From positions 1 through 36,666 of the forward strand of contig NIVC01004733.1 of assembly GCA_002269645.1 (NCBI GenBank): a stretch of 36,666 nt of DNA, read 5' to 3'. The notes beneath the pieces are model-generated. The model ran no database searches, was not told the DNA's origin, and saw only the letters and a list, made by a program, of their open reading frames with translations. Shown here piece by piece: positions 12,362-24,744 of the stretch. The DNA comes from Macrostomum lignano. Lineage: Eukaryota. The position numbers and the translations under genes are program-made. Every line of letters starts with the position of its first letter. Position 1 is the first letter of the stretch.

Positions 12362-14646
12362 GGCCACAGCTTGGCGGCCCAGACTAGCGAAAGACTTCAA
12401 CTAATGATTTTCGTGTTCATCCATGTTGTCACCAATCCAGGCCCGAGCTCTTCGGTTCTAAAATTAAAATTTCAGTTGTTATTCCGCCGGTCTGTCGCAA
12501 GAGCAGAAACTCAACCCAACACTTCGATAACCCAAGTTCATTAATTATTAATAAATTTGAAGTCCCTGTTTGTGCAACCATTTTTGTGAAGCATAAAAAA
12601 TTTAAATAACCGCGAAGTTTAACTCTCAGCGCACTTAAACAACATGGCTATTCAGAATTGCTAAGTTTAGTGGCTCTCTACCTGCGTGCATTAATTTTTC
12701 ACTATAATAAATATTGCTTTATTTGTCAGTGAATTGCTAAATTTATCGTGTGCCCGAATACTTGCTAACTGAACTGTCAATCTTAAAGAGCATTATATTA
12801 TTAATAAATAATAATTAGCAAGTAACTTGTCGGTCGTATTTTATTTCAACTGATGCTTTATCTGACAAATTATATATTGAAATAATAATAATATTATAGT
12901 CTGTAATATTGATATCACTCCCCAAACCGTGGGAGTCCTGTGCTCTTTGTTATCCTTTAAGCCTTGGTCTTTGTTTCGTTAATAAATTATGCATCGTACT
13001 TTTTAATAACAGAAAAACACAACTTTGCTACTTATAATTAGTGACTCAGTAGTGTAGTTATGACATTAGAACCGCAAATATCGATTATTTAACAAACATG
13101 GAAAGTTCCAATTTAAATATCCGCTTAGAATTGTATAGCAAATTGACTACCAATAGTTCAATGCATCAATTGTTATCCCTTTCGAATTCACCGTTAAGTC
13201 CCTGCTTCAAGCAGTTATATCCAATATCTTGTCTACTTTTTGGTCTTCTAAAAAAGCGCGCGCACCTGCGGCTGCCGCGCTGAGCAGTCGGTGCCAGCCC
13301 GCCGTTCACCCGCCTATTCAGGCCTGGATCTTTCTTTTTTAATTCTAGTATACTGAATAATATTATTTATACTTATGCTTGTCGACTGCTTATAAATTTC
13401 ACAACTCGAATGCTTTTTTCTGCAATCCCGTCTTACAGGCCATAACTCCTCAGCCGCCACTGCATCATAAACAAAGCATGGGTCGGATTGGTGTGGAGAA
13501 TGAGTCCGCGCTAATGAATTCCATTCATTTTGCTTTTGTCTCCGAATCCATTTAGGCCGTATGCTATCCGGTTGAATAATAAAACAGTATCGCCTCCATC
13601 GAGCGGTTCGCTTGCCCAACCCATCAATTTGTTTCGGCATTGAAAAATCCGTTTGTTCGTTTGTCGACTCCGTCATTTTCGGAAATCTACTAAAAGTAGT
13701 ATAGTAAAATGATTGACATCTTTGAGAATGTAAAAATATCTCTAGGATTGCGTTTTTGAAGAAATGTGTTTTATTCATTATACATTCATTATTCATTATA
13801 CATGTATTTTGACCGTGATTTTAATTGTGTGTACCTTCGGAATAGAAATACTTTTGCAAAAACGTAAAAGATTGTCATCATTGGCGAAGCGAAGCAAGGG
13901 CTCAGATACTACTCAACAGTAGTTAATATGCCGAAAATGGTTGATTACAATCAATCAGCATGATTGAATTAGTGGATGCATGCGCTTAGAACGAGTAGAC
14001 TATTGCACATTGTCTACCGATATGCTGCGATCCGCCTCTAACACCGCTCACGCGGTCAAAAGTACATAACGACATTCGTCAAAATACAAAAGCTCCGATT
14101 CGGCAATAATCAGTTGAAATGTAAATCGCATTATTGTAAAATCTTTTGTAGAAAAATCTGGAATTTAGAGGCATCCATATATACAGGTAATGAGAGAAGT
14201 GACTCGACTGGAATATTATGTACAAAATAGATTGGTAATTAGCTAGAGCGAGGACAATGGAAGCATCGAATAAAAAGAATGGCATTTGAGCGGCGCTTTG
14301 AAGGCTTCAATCCGTATAAATTAATAACTGGACAATGCATCACACCTGAATATTTCTTCATAAAATAGGAATTATCAAGGCATCAGCAGTTAAAAAAATA
14401 AACAAACTTTTTTCCGACTGGGAAGTTGTTTTCGATACATATCGTATGCTTCACATGCTATAAATAACAATTCAATTTAAGCCGGAAGGCCAAAACCGAT
14501 ATTATACAAACATACTGATCCTGCATAAAAACTTAATTTAATAATTTAAGCTAAAAACGATACACAAATATCGCTCTAAAATGTTCTTTTCGATACATAT
14601 CGGCATATTTACAAAGAGTGTAAAATTTGCATCAAATTAATTCGCG

Positions 14647-17600
14647 CTACAAAAGCGAGCCCCCAGCAGAGGTCGATGGCCCGGCAACGGAGGAAGCCGC
14701 GGCTGCCGACGCCGAGTGTCGGACAATTCGTCGGGAACGTCGCTGCTGACGTCGGGACAGTCGCTCGCCGTCGCTGTCCTCGTCGTAGCCGATCGCGTTG
14801 TTGTCGGCCTCGAAGCTGCTGTCGGAGTCACCGGAGTCGTTGATAGCAGTTGATGACGCGGTCAGCACGCCGGCCGGGCCGGCCGTGAGGTCGCGGAAGG
14901 CGATGACAGCGCTCAGCAGGGGGTCGCCGACCCGCGGCAGCCACAGGGCGGCAACGAATGCCAGGACTGTCAGCGGGCCGCCGACTGAGAGGCGCCAAAT
15001 CTCTGAGGCCGGCTGCGGGTTGGCGACCGTGCAGGAGCATCTGGGAGGCTGGCCCAACAACTGGGGATCTGGGAGGCTGGCCCAGCAACTGAGGATCTGG
15101 GAGGCTGGCTTAGCAACTGAGGATCTGGGAGGCTGGCCCAGCAATTGAGGATCTGGGAGGCTGGCCCAGCAATTGAGCATCTGGGAGGCTGGCCCAGCAA
15201 CTGAGGATCTGGGAGGCTGGCCCAGCAACTGAGGATCTGGGAGGCTGGCCCAGCAACTGGGGATCTGGGAGGCTGGCCCAGCAACTGAGGATCTGGGAGG
15301 CTGGCCCAGCAACTGAGGATCTGGGAGGCTGGTCAAGCAACTGAGGATCTGGGAGGCTGGCCCAGCAACTGGGGATCTGGGAGGCTGGCCCAGCAACTGA
15401 GGATCTGGGAGGCTGGCCCAGCAACTGAGGATCTGGGAGGCTGGTCAAGCAACTGAGGATCTGGGAGGCTGGCCCAGCAACTGGGGATCTGGGAGGCTGA
15501 GAGTGAACAGCTATGGAAGGCAGCCACAGGCCAAAATCAATAAAAAACAGGCATCTCACCCTGTGAAAGAAGGCAATGCCAGCCACACAGGCCAGCGGCA
15601 CGGCAAGGGTGCAGGACATGCAAGCTGCCAGGCTGTTGGTCAGGTAGCAACCGCTGCAGTGTGAAAAAGTCGTAGCCACTTATAAATTTGAAATAATCGA
15701 GATTAAAAGACAATCTTTAAATAAGTCGGACAGAACTCACAGCACCAGCAGGAACTCGGACAGCGCCACGCCAGTCAAGCCGTGGAACACGAATCTGCCC
15801 CAGTTGGTGGCGTTGGGCAATTGGAACTGTTCCAGCCGGGAGTAGTGCAGGATGAAGAAGCCGGGCCACATGGTCATGCAGCTGACTGCACCGATGAAGC
15901 CTGAGCCCAGGTGCGGGATGCATTTGACATTTTATCCCACCTGAGAATGACTCGATGACCCGATCGCAGAATAACCCTATGATCAAACCTGAGAATGACT
16001 CTATGATCCCACCTGAGAATGACCTATGATCCTACCTGAGAATGACGTCATCAACCCACCTAAGAATGACGTCATCAACCCACCCGAGAATGACGTCCTC
16101 AACCAATCCGAGAATGACGTCATCAACCAACCCGAGAATGACGTCATCAACCAATCCGAGAATGACGTCATCAACCAACCCGAGAATGACGTCATCAACC
16201 CACCCGAGAATGACGTCATCAACCAACCCGACAATGACGTCATCAAGAAATCCGAGAATGACGTCATCAACACGCCAGTGAATGAGATCAAGACTTACCA
16301 AAAAACATCGCTAAGGAGGGCAGCGACCGCAGTCGTGGCGCCCGACGCCTGAGCCCTACGAGGCTTAAAGCGACGCACAGGGCGCCAAGCGCCGCTAGAA
16401 CGGAGCCCCACAGACCGCTGCCGGTGGAGGCGCCAACAAAGAGATGCCGCCATGCGAGCAGCTGCGGCCAGGCGATCAGCAGGGCACCAGCGACGCAGGC
16501 CAGGACGCAGGCCGCTTTGCTGAGCGTGGCGGCGTCCGGCTCAGCGCTGCCGGTTCTCCTGCCGCCTCGGCGACCACTAGTGTCCGGCGCCACTGACGGA
16601 AAGAGTCCGGCCAGCAGCAGCGCCGCCACAGGCGCCACAGCGGCCGAGACAAAGGCGACAGCTGTTTGAGTTGACAGGGCTTGGCGCTGGGACTCCAGCA
16701 GGCACCAGGTGGATACGAACCAGAGCGGTGCGAACATTAGCGCCAGCTGTGGTGGTGGTGGGGGGCAATGAGGGGACTATAATTATTTTCGATACATATC
16801 GGTCACCATTTAAATTCGATGCTATCATAGAATCTTATACGATTAAAAACTACCAAGAATTGTTTTTCATCTCTTTCGATACATATCGGATAGGCATTGA
16901 GTGCATTGTGATAATGAGCTCACATATCGGAAGATTTAAGATAGACAGCATGCCAATTATCAGTTTTTATTGCGTAACAGACTTTTTAACAATAGCTGAC
17001 TCTCGGTCAAGTGTGCCCGGCACTGCACTCCTACCACTCCCTGCCGCGTGCTTGCGTCAACCCCCCCCCATTCTGTCTCGGCTGGCTGCGGCCCCAGTGC
17101 GCCCCTCGCTCGCCCTGCGATTGGCTGGCGGTCCAATGTGTACTTCCCTCCACCAATCGCGACCCCGGCGCGCTTTGTAACTTTTAAGACTCGTAACTTT
17201 GGCTATCTGGGCCTGAGGTAGCGATACCCCAGGGCTTAACCAGCTAGCGTAAATATAAATTTATGCAGGAGCGATTGATATATACGCAGCTGCAAGCTCC
17301 GTTACAACCAAAACTGAACTTACTCAGAAGCCAATCTTTACTCAGAACTTTCGCCAGAAGTTGAGAGAAGCAACCCTGCCGCCGCCATGACTATTGCGAG
17401 AAAATAAGAGAGTGAGTCGCGTGTCTTTGTAATTTGCGGGACTGGCTGGGTTTAATTTGTGCCGTAGGGCGTCCGAAGTCAGTCCGGCCAGTTGGCTGAC
17501 GCCATCTTCGGCTCGTCCACTGAGATAACTAGAGTTGCGGTCCGGCCTTTAGCACAACATGCACACTGTACGTATAATAATTAACAATGTTGTTTTCCAT

Positions 17601-19573
17601 ACATATCGGCAGTCACAGATACATCAAGAAATCGAGATTTAGGATTGCAAAAGGCTAAACTCGTGTTATAACCCGCTATTGAAAATTAGAGCAGATACAT
17701 AGTTATATTCTTTTCGATACATATCGGCAGTCTCCAAACGCCCACCTTGACAGTTTCCACCAGTGACAGAGTCCCAGCTGCGGCAGACGCTGGATCAGTC
17801 GGAGTCGCTTCAGCTGCCTCGCTCGCCGGCGTCACCTCAGCATCGGCATTGAACTCGACATTCTCGTCATCGAAATCGTGCTCAAAATCATCGTAATCCA
17901 ACTCGTCTTCGTCGAATTCGTCCAACTCGTCGGTGACTTCTAGCGACGATTCCAAGGCTCGCTGGTAGGCCTGATAGGACATCCTCGCCATCGAGGCGGC
18001 GTGGGCTTCGCTTTCGCTTAGCTGGCGAACCTCCGAGATTCGAGAGAATCGAACGCCACGAGCTCGTCTGGCCTCAGGCAGAGGTTGAGACTGCGGCAGC
18101 AGGGGGGAAGCTTCATCGGCGGCAGCGAATGCTCCCGGGGCCGATGGGGCAGGCGAAGCATATTCGGCGTTCAGACTGGAGTACAGCTCCGCCTCCGTGC
18201 TGCTCGAGTCGAATTGGACCGGCACAAAATGGGGGTCGCTCTGAGAGAGGAAAAGAGGGTTGGATTGCATACAGTACTAACAGTAAATTGACCTCAGATG
18301 ACCCCTGGGTTGACGTTAGAATTAACGATCTGACCTCAGATGACCCCTGGGTTGACGTTAGAATTAACGATCTGACCTCAGATGACCCCTGGGTTGACGT
18401 TAGAATTAACGATCTGACCTCGAGTTAATATCTGGATTGGCCTCAGATTGATATCTGGATTGACCTCAGATTGATGACCTCAGATTGATATCTGTGTTGA
18501 CCTCAAAATGATTTCTGGATTGACCTCAGATTGATATCTGGATTGACCTCAGATTGATATCTGGATTGACCTCAGATTGATATCTGTGTTGACCTCAAAA
18601 TGATTTCTGGATTGACCTCAGATTGATATCTGGATTGACCTCAGATTGATATCTGGATTGACCTCTGATTGATATCTGTGTTGACTTCAAATTGATTTCT
18701 GGATTGACCTCAGATTGATGACCTCAGATTGATATCTGGATTGACCTCAGGTTGTTATCTGGATTGACCTCAGGTTGTTATCTTGATTGACCTCAGATTG
18801 ATATCTGGATTGACCTCAGGTTGTTATCTTGATTGACCTCAGATTGATATCTGGATTGACCTCAGATTGATATCTGGATTGACCTCAGATTGATATCTGG
18901 ATTGACCTCAGATTGATATCTGTATTGACCTCAGGTTGATATGTGTTGACCTCAGACTGACCTTCCTATCAGCGGAGCACTGTCCCTTTACCCAACTTTT
19001 ATTCACCATCTTTGCTTCATCAGCCTTTTCAGCGGCTTCTTCAACAGTTGCCAGATTATCATAGTCAGTCACGCCTTCGCCAATCTGTACATCGCTAGCG
19101 TCAACTACAGCAGGTCGCTGGCGCTGCCGCTCCGGCCGACGCCTAGAAGAATACAAAAATCTCCGCTGCTGCCACCAATCCGGCAGGAAGGAGAAGCCGA
19201 TCAACTGCAGCGACATCAGACAAGCGGATGTGTACACCACTAGAAACGGCCGATCCGAATTAGCCAGAGTACTGGGCTCCGGACCGTCTGTTGACATTGT
19301 GAAATTCGACAATACCGCCGACAAGTCCGACGGTCTCGCATGTCGACGATGAACGGCGTCGACAATCAGCCTGGCCAGGTGACCGCCAAACGCGCTAAGC
19401 AGAGCCGACGCAATTAAACAGCCGAAGCCCGACAGTCTGTTGGCGAGCCGACGGCGAAATAACCTCCTACGACGGCGACGGCGAATCCGACGGTGCCGGT
19501 AGTAGTCGGCTGATGGCGTCGGTGGCGCGGCCACCAAGCGACTGGGCGGTCCGATGCCTAGAGTGCCTCTCAT
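14647..19573 (-). CDS. SLC35F5: SLC35F5-like drug/metabolite (EamA-fold) transporter, 6 exons, ~724 aa
   Basis: Exons (minus) 19573-18962, 18240-17746, 16746-16299, 15900-15741, 15653-15560, 15012-14647 join in phase. Motifs SDPHFVPVQF, VRFSRISEVRQL, MFFGFIG, WPGFFILHY, LSEFL, GCYLTNS and DPLL parallel the SLC35F5 family. The start may instead be the ATG at 19627. Confidence 0.85.
15040..15500. repeat. 28-bp minisatellite (ctgaggatctgggaggctggcccagcaa)n in SLC35F5 intron 5
   Basis: Tandem copies; same unit as 33645-34370. Confidence 0.95.
15940..16275. repeat. 24-bp minisatellite (gagaatgacgtcatcaaccaaccc)n in SLC35F5 intron 3
   Basis: Tandem copies; source of several spurious ORFs. Confidence 0.93.
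18289..18955. repeat. Compound minisatellite in SLC35F5 intron 1: 42-bp x3, then 23-bp (tgacctcagattgatatctggat)n
   Basis: Both units share the tgacctcag core; the array runs right up to the exon 1 donor at 18961. Confidence 0.93.
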
Positions 19574-19689
19574 AAATTTTTTGCATGCGCTATAGATACT
19601 ACTTAGAGTGGTAACTATGCGATACATGCTACTTATATTGATTTTTATAGTTACAGACTTCTACTTCTGATGATGGTTTTGTTTAGTCG

Positions 19690-20140
19690 ATTTGCGGTAT
19701 ATACTACTTATGGATTTGACTAAATAGGTTGCGGTATGTACTACTTATGGATTTGACTGAATAGGTTGCGGTATGTACTACTTATGGATTTGACTGAATA
19801 GGTTGCGGTATGTACTACTTATGGATTTGACTAAATAGGTTGCGGTATGTACTACTTATGGATTTGACTGAATAGGTTGCGGTATATACTACTTATGGAT
19901 TTGACTAAATAGGTTGCGGTATGTACTACTTATGGATTTGACTGAATAGGTTGCGGTATATACTACTTATGGATTTGACTGAATAGGTTGCGGTATGTAC
20001 TACTTATGGATTTGACTGAATAGGTTGCGGTATGTACTACTTATGGATTTGACTGAATAGGTTGCGGTATGTACTACTTATGGATTTAACTGAATAGGTT
20101 GCGGTATATACTACTTATAGATTTGTCTAATCAGGTTGCG
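19690..20140. repeat. 37-bp minisatellite (tatggatttgactgaataggttgcggtatgtactact)n
   Basis: About 12 tandem copies immediately 5' of the SLC35F5 ORF. Confidence 0.95.
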
Positions 20141-20789
20141 TATATACTACTAATGGATTAAACCTAATGGATTGCGGTATGAACTACCCATACGGTTTTC
20201 AATATTTTCTCCGCACATTCTATTTGATGTCTCGAATAATACGAGTAGTAGCATGAGACGCATATTAAGTTTGCGGCTAGACAGATATTTCTTAAAAGTG
20301 AAATAAATTAGCAAAAAAGTAGAACAAAGCACAAAGCTAAATTTCTCGAATCGCAAAACGACATTAAATATATTTTAGAGAGCAAACAATTAGCAAATGT
20401 ATTTGACTTATTTCGCAACTAAGCTTGTGATTAGATCCGTTCTCTACTTATCGAATCTACCAGAAATAGATATTAAGAATAATTATTACTATTAATAACA
20501 CCTGCTGAGAAAACAAAAGTGAATATTATGTTTAACGGAACATTAAACCAATGAGTAATGAAAGTAAACTTGTGTGTTTCTGGCACTCGTAAAAATATAA
20601 TTTGTCAAGTATAAGCTTACTCGCAAATAAACGACAATAATAAAGAAATCACAGGGCTTACAATAGGCCTGCAGCAGGGAAGATTAAAATAGGCGAATAC
20701 CGGAAACGATATGTAAAGTAAGCTAATAGATTTTCATTGACTCGTAACTCATCATTGGCTAACTGATAGGTCAGGCCAACTCTGTATGA

Positions 20790-21125
20790 ATGGGTCAGAC
20801 TAATACAATGTGGGTCAGACTAACACAATGTGGGTCAGACTAACACAATGTGGGTCAGACTAACACAATGTGGGTCAGACTAACACAATGTGGGTCAGAC
20901 TAACACAATGTGGGTCAGACTAACACAATGTGGGTCAGACTAACACAATGTGGGTCAGACTAATACAATATGGGTCAGACTAACACTATGTGGGTCAGAC
21001 TAACACAATATGGGTCAGACTAACATGATGTGGGTCAGACTAACACTATGTGGGTCAGACTAACACAATATGGGTCAGACTAACATGATGTGGGTCAGAC
21101 TAACACATGGGTCAGACTAACACAA
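20790..21125. repeat. 20-bp minisatellite (tgggtcagactaacacaatg)n
   Basis: About 16 tandem copies. Confidence 0.95.
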
Positions 21126-21893
21126 GTCAGACAAGCCAAAATTTGGGTCAAAAAAGCACTACACGGGTCAGACATGCTCAAACGAGTCAGAAAGTCGAAT
21201 TAAATTTTGAGTAAGCGGAAAAATAAATTGCACAAAAATAGTCGGTCTCTTGCTTACATATTTTTGGCAATTATATTTCATCAATCGAGAAAATACGGAG
21301 ATCAGAGTGTAGAGAAACTAATCATACTACTTATCATAGTACGGAGCGCGCAGTAAGGAGAGAAAAAGTTTATAAGAAACAACATTGTCGGTATTTTATT
21401 TGCAACATCCCAAAACCAGCATATTGATTAAATCAAATTTGAAAAGCTAAACGAAACCAAAGTTGAATTTGCAAGTAGCCAATCGTATGAATCATAATTT
21501 AAATAAAACAAAATCAATTCGACTAACACAAGTTATTAAGCATGAGTTTATCGGGATGAGTTAGGTACTCGTAAAAAACTTTGATTGACAATAGTTAACT
21601 GCACTATGACCGAATATATAGTCACTAATATCGTAGTAAGTCATTAAACTGATTATATATAAACGTCAAGACCACTAATCCGATTCTAAATATCCCAATT
21701 TTGACTCTTAAAGCTAGATCCCAATTCTGAATCTGAAATATCCCAATTAGATCAACCACAGATATCCCACAGATATCCCAACAGATCCCAATTAGGAATC
21801 CAACAGATCCCAATTAGGAATCCAAGACGTCCCAATTACAATTCATAAATACTAAGACGAAGCTCCCAGACCCCGAATCCCTATATCGAACTG

Positions 21894-24148
21894 TCAAAAG
21901 TCGGAGTCTTTCACGCTCTGCTTCAAATAGGCGGTGTACAGCTCCTTCCGCTGGGCTTCCACAAAGCCGGTCACGTGATCGCTGACCTGGCCGAGGCGGC
22001 GCCGCTCAGCCCTGGTGAGCCGCTTGGCGGTGCGGCCGCACAGGCGGGCGAGGACAAAGCAGAACAGGGCAACAGCGGCCACCCCGCCGAACAGGTGCGA
22101 ACTGTACTCGGCCGGGAAGCGTCGATAGAGCGGCACGAGAAAGTCGTGCAACGGAGTCGAATAGCCTAGAAACTGGATAGCAACAGGTTGGGAGACGCAA
22201 ATGGCGAGCAGTACGGGCAGCACGAGGGCCAGCAGGCTGAATAGTAGGAAACGAAATCTGGCGCCGCAGTTGGCGCGACCGCGGGCGGCGTCGGCAGCGA
22301 TGTCTTCGTGGCAGCGACGCGAGATCAACTGGGGGGAGGGGAGGGGTTGACAGGCTGTGTCTCGATCGATAACACTCAGCATACATGCGCAACCTTGGGA
22401 ATCACTCGGCCGTTTCTATTGGCAACACACACACACACACACACATGTAAGTCGCTATTGGCTGAGAGCAGTCACGTGACTACTATTCCGTCCAATAGCG
22501 ACTTACATATGTGTGTGTGTTGCCAATAGAAAAGGCCGGGTGAATCCCTAGGTTGCGCCCAAGTATGGATAACAGGATCTTGAAAGCAACAGGAAGATAA
22601 TAGATCAACCTCTGATCAACTGGAAGACAATGCCTGTCCATGAGCATCTTGAAGACAATGCCTCAGTCTATGAACATCTTGAAGACACAGTCTCAGTCTA
22701 TGAGCATCTTGAAGACAATGTCTCAATCTACTAGTCTTGTATGAGAATCTTGAGGACGATGGCTCAATCTATGAGCATCTTGAAGACAATGACTCAATCT
22801 ATGAGCATCTTGAAGACAATGGCTCAATCTATGAGCATCTTGAAGACAATGACTCAATCTATGAGCATCTTGAAGACAATTCCTCAATCTATGAGCATCT
22901 TGAAGACAACGCCTTAATCTGTGAGTATCTTGAAGACAATGCCTCAATCTATGAGCATCTTGAAGACAATGACTCAATCTATGAGCATCTTGAAGACAAT
23001 GGCTCAATCTACGAGTATCTTGAAGACAATGTCTCAATCTATGAGCATCTTGAAGACAATGGCTTAATCTATGAGTATCTTGAAGACAATGTCTTAATCT
23101 ATGCGCATCTTGAAGACAATGCCTCAATCTATGAGGATCGATCTTGAAAAGAATGTCTCAATCTGTGAGTATCTTGAAGACAATGCCTCTATATAAGAAT
23201 ACTTGGAAGATGACTTAAGTTTTTTCTAACCTTGCAATCGTGCTCAAGCGCATTCAGAGTATGCTGCAGCGTCATCTGAATAGCCTTGTCAATAGTTTTG
23301 GCGGCTTCGTCGATCTGATTGACGCAACGAGTCGGCTTGGCCCGATTGGGATTGTAGATGGTGTGAATGTCGAAGCAGGTCCGATTTAGAGACGGCCATT
23401 TGCACACCTCCTGGGTGATCTGCATCAGCACGCGCTGTCTGTCAGTTTCGTCGCCGCTCTCGTCGGCTTTACTTAAAAAGAAGACGATTCTGTCACGATC
23501 AATCCTATCGCCAATATCTGCCAGGATCTGCATAGTGCGCTTGCACAGCGCCTGACCGATGGGGTCAAAGAAGGCGAACACTAAATCGGCTTGAACAGCC
23601 AGCCAAAGCAGCACCCGGTTCACGTCGAACGCGTACGACATTGAGCCGTCGACTAGACCGGGCGTGTCAATAAAGGTCACGAGAGCGAATCTTTTAGCAA
23701 TGCTGTCGCACAGCTCTGTGCTCAGATTCGACACTACGCCGTCAAATTTTCCTAGCGGAGCCAGCTGAGGAAACAGGTGCAAAGTGGCGTTGCCGCTAAG
23801 CGATTCTCGGCGTTTACCCTGTGTTACTATGGTGATACCTTGCGTCTCAATAGCAACGCCTTCCTTCTGGATCTGTTTCTCAATATACCAATTGATAAAG
23901 GCGCTCTTCCCAGCGGAGTGATTGCCAATCAATAAGACTGTGATTTTCTTCCTCGGTGGTAACAGTTTCACATTGACTAGCTGGGCCAGCTTTGCCAGGC
24001 CATTTTCTTCGTTGGCGTACAGATGGTGGCACTCCTTCAGAATTCGCTCGTTAGTGGCCGTACTGCCCAGACTGTCAACTATGTCGCTGCCGCCTCCTCC
24101 GCTGCGCTTGCTGGCAGCTGCGCTCGAATTGGACTTGCTGTTCGACAT
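21894..24148 (-). CDS. Dynamin/EHD(sarcalumenin)-type P-loop GTPase with C-terminal transmembrane segments, 2 exons, ~450 aa
   Basis: Exon 24148-23231 (G1 GNHSAGKS, G3 DTPGLVDG, G4-like FLSKAD) splices in phase 0 (AAG|GTTAG ... ccccag|TTG) to exon 22328-21894, which has two hydrophobic stretches and a stop. Confidence 0.85.
22387..22558. mobile_element. Fold-back element / MITE, ~70-bp inverted arms, in the GTPase intron
   Basis: gcgcaaccttgggaatcactcggccgtttctattggcaac(ac)n atgtaagtcgctattgg mirrors ccaatagcgacttacat atgtgtgtgtgttgccaatagaaaaggccgggtgaatccctaggttgcgc. Confidence 0.8.
22615..23200. repeat. 30-bp minisatellite (gagcatcttgaagacaatgactcaatctat)n in the GTPase intron
   Basis: Tandem copies; source of the YEHLEDNDSI and HCLQDAHRLS pseudo-ORFs. 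Confidence 0.95.
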
Positions 24149-24299
24149 GCAACACATTAAAGAAATGTCAAGGATAGACTTCATAATAATGAAACTCGGA
24201 CGACATTTTCTAAAAACTATTAAAGAATGAAAGAATTTATTTCTTTTTTATTTCTATTATATTATATTTCTACTATTTTTACTATTACTACCATATGAT

Positions 24300-24555
24300 A
24301 GACTTAGCAGACTTTGAGATATTTCTAAGAAAGCTGGCAGACTCGGAGACATTTCTAAAAAAGATGGCAGACTTGGAGATATTTCTAAGAAAGATGACAG
24401 ATTTGGAGATATTTCTAAGAAAGATGACAGACTCGGAGATATTTCTAAGAAAGATGACAGATTTGGAGATATTTCTAAGAAAGATGACAGATTTGGAGAT
24501 ATTTCTAAGAAAGATGACAGACTCGGAGATATTTCTAAGAAAGACTTGGAGATGC
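24300..24555. repeat. 30-bp minisatellite (atttctaagaaagatgacagatttggagat)n
   Basis: About 8 tandem copies between the SET-domain exon and the GTPase start. Confidence 0.93.
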
Positions 24556-24744
24556 TTCCAAGAAAGTAAATTTAGCTGTTTCTATGAAGTAATATATAAT
24601 CTCTTAGAAACCGCAAATAAATTAAACAAAATACATGTACACACCTTTATTTTTATAAAATTGACTCGAAAACAAACAACCTAAGTTATGTTTTATTTAT
24701 GCACAATAAATTGTTAACAAGCACAGAAAGTCACTGGCTATCAA

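Noticed and set aside
13314-13796. 160-aa minus-strand ORF 3' of UBA1
   Set aside because: No recognisable domain, composition unlike the GC-rich genuine exons, and no supporting splice structure.
14647-16352. Long repetitive ORFs (LGQPPRSSVAGPASQ, ENDVINQP, MTSSTNPR etc.)
   Set aside because: They are translations of intronic 28-bp and 24-bp minisatellites; only the flanking non-repetitive parts are exons.
17317-17480. ACTTAC followed ~137 nt later by AATTTGTG, reminiscent of U1 snRNA 5' end and Sm site
   Set aside because: It lacks ACUUACCUG, the U1-70K loop (GAUCACGAAG) and the U1A loop (AUUGCAC), and has no convincing stem-loops.
22723-23147. ORFs with YEHLEDNDSI (tyrosine-motif-like) and HCLQDAHRLS repeats
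   Set aside because: They are read-throughs of a 30-bp array inside the GTPase intron, open on both strands only because the unit lacks stops.
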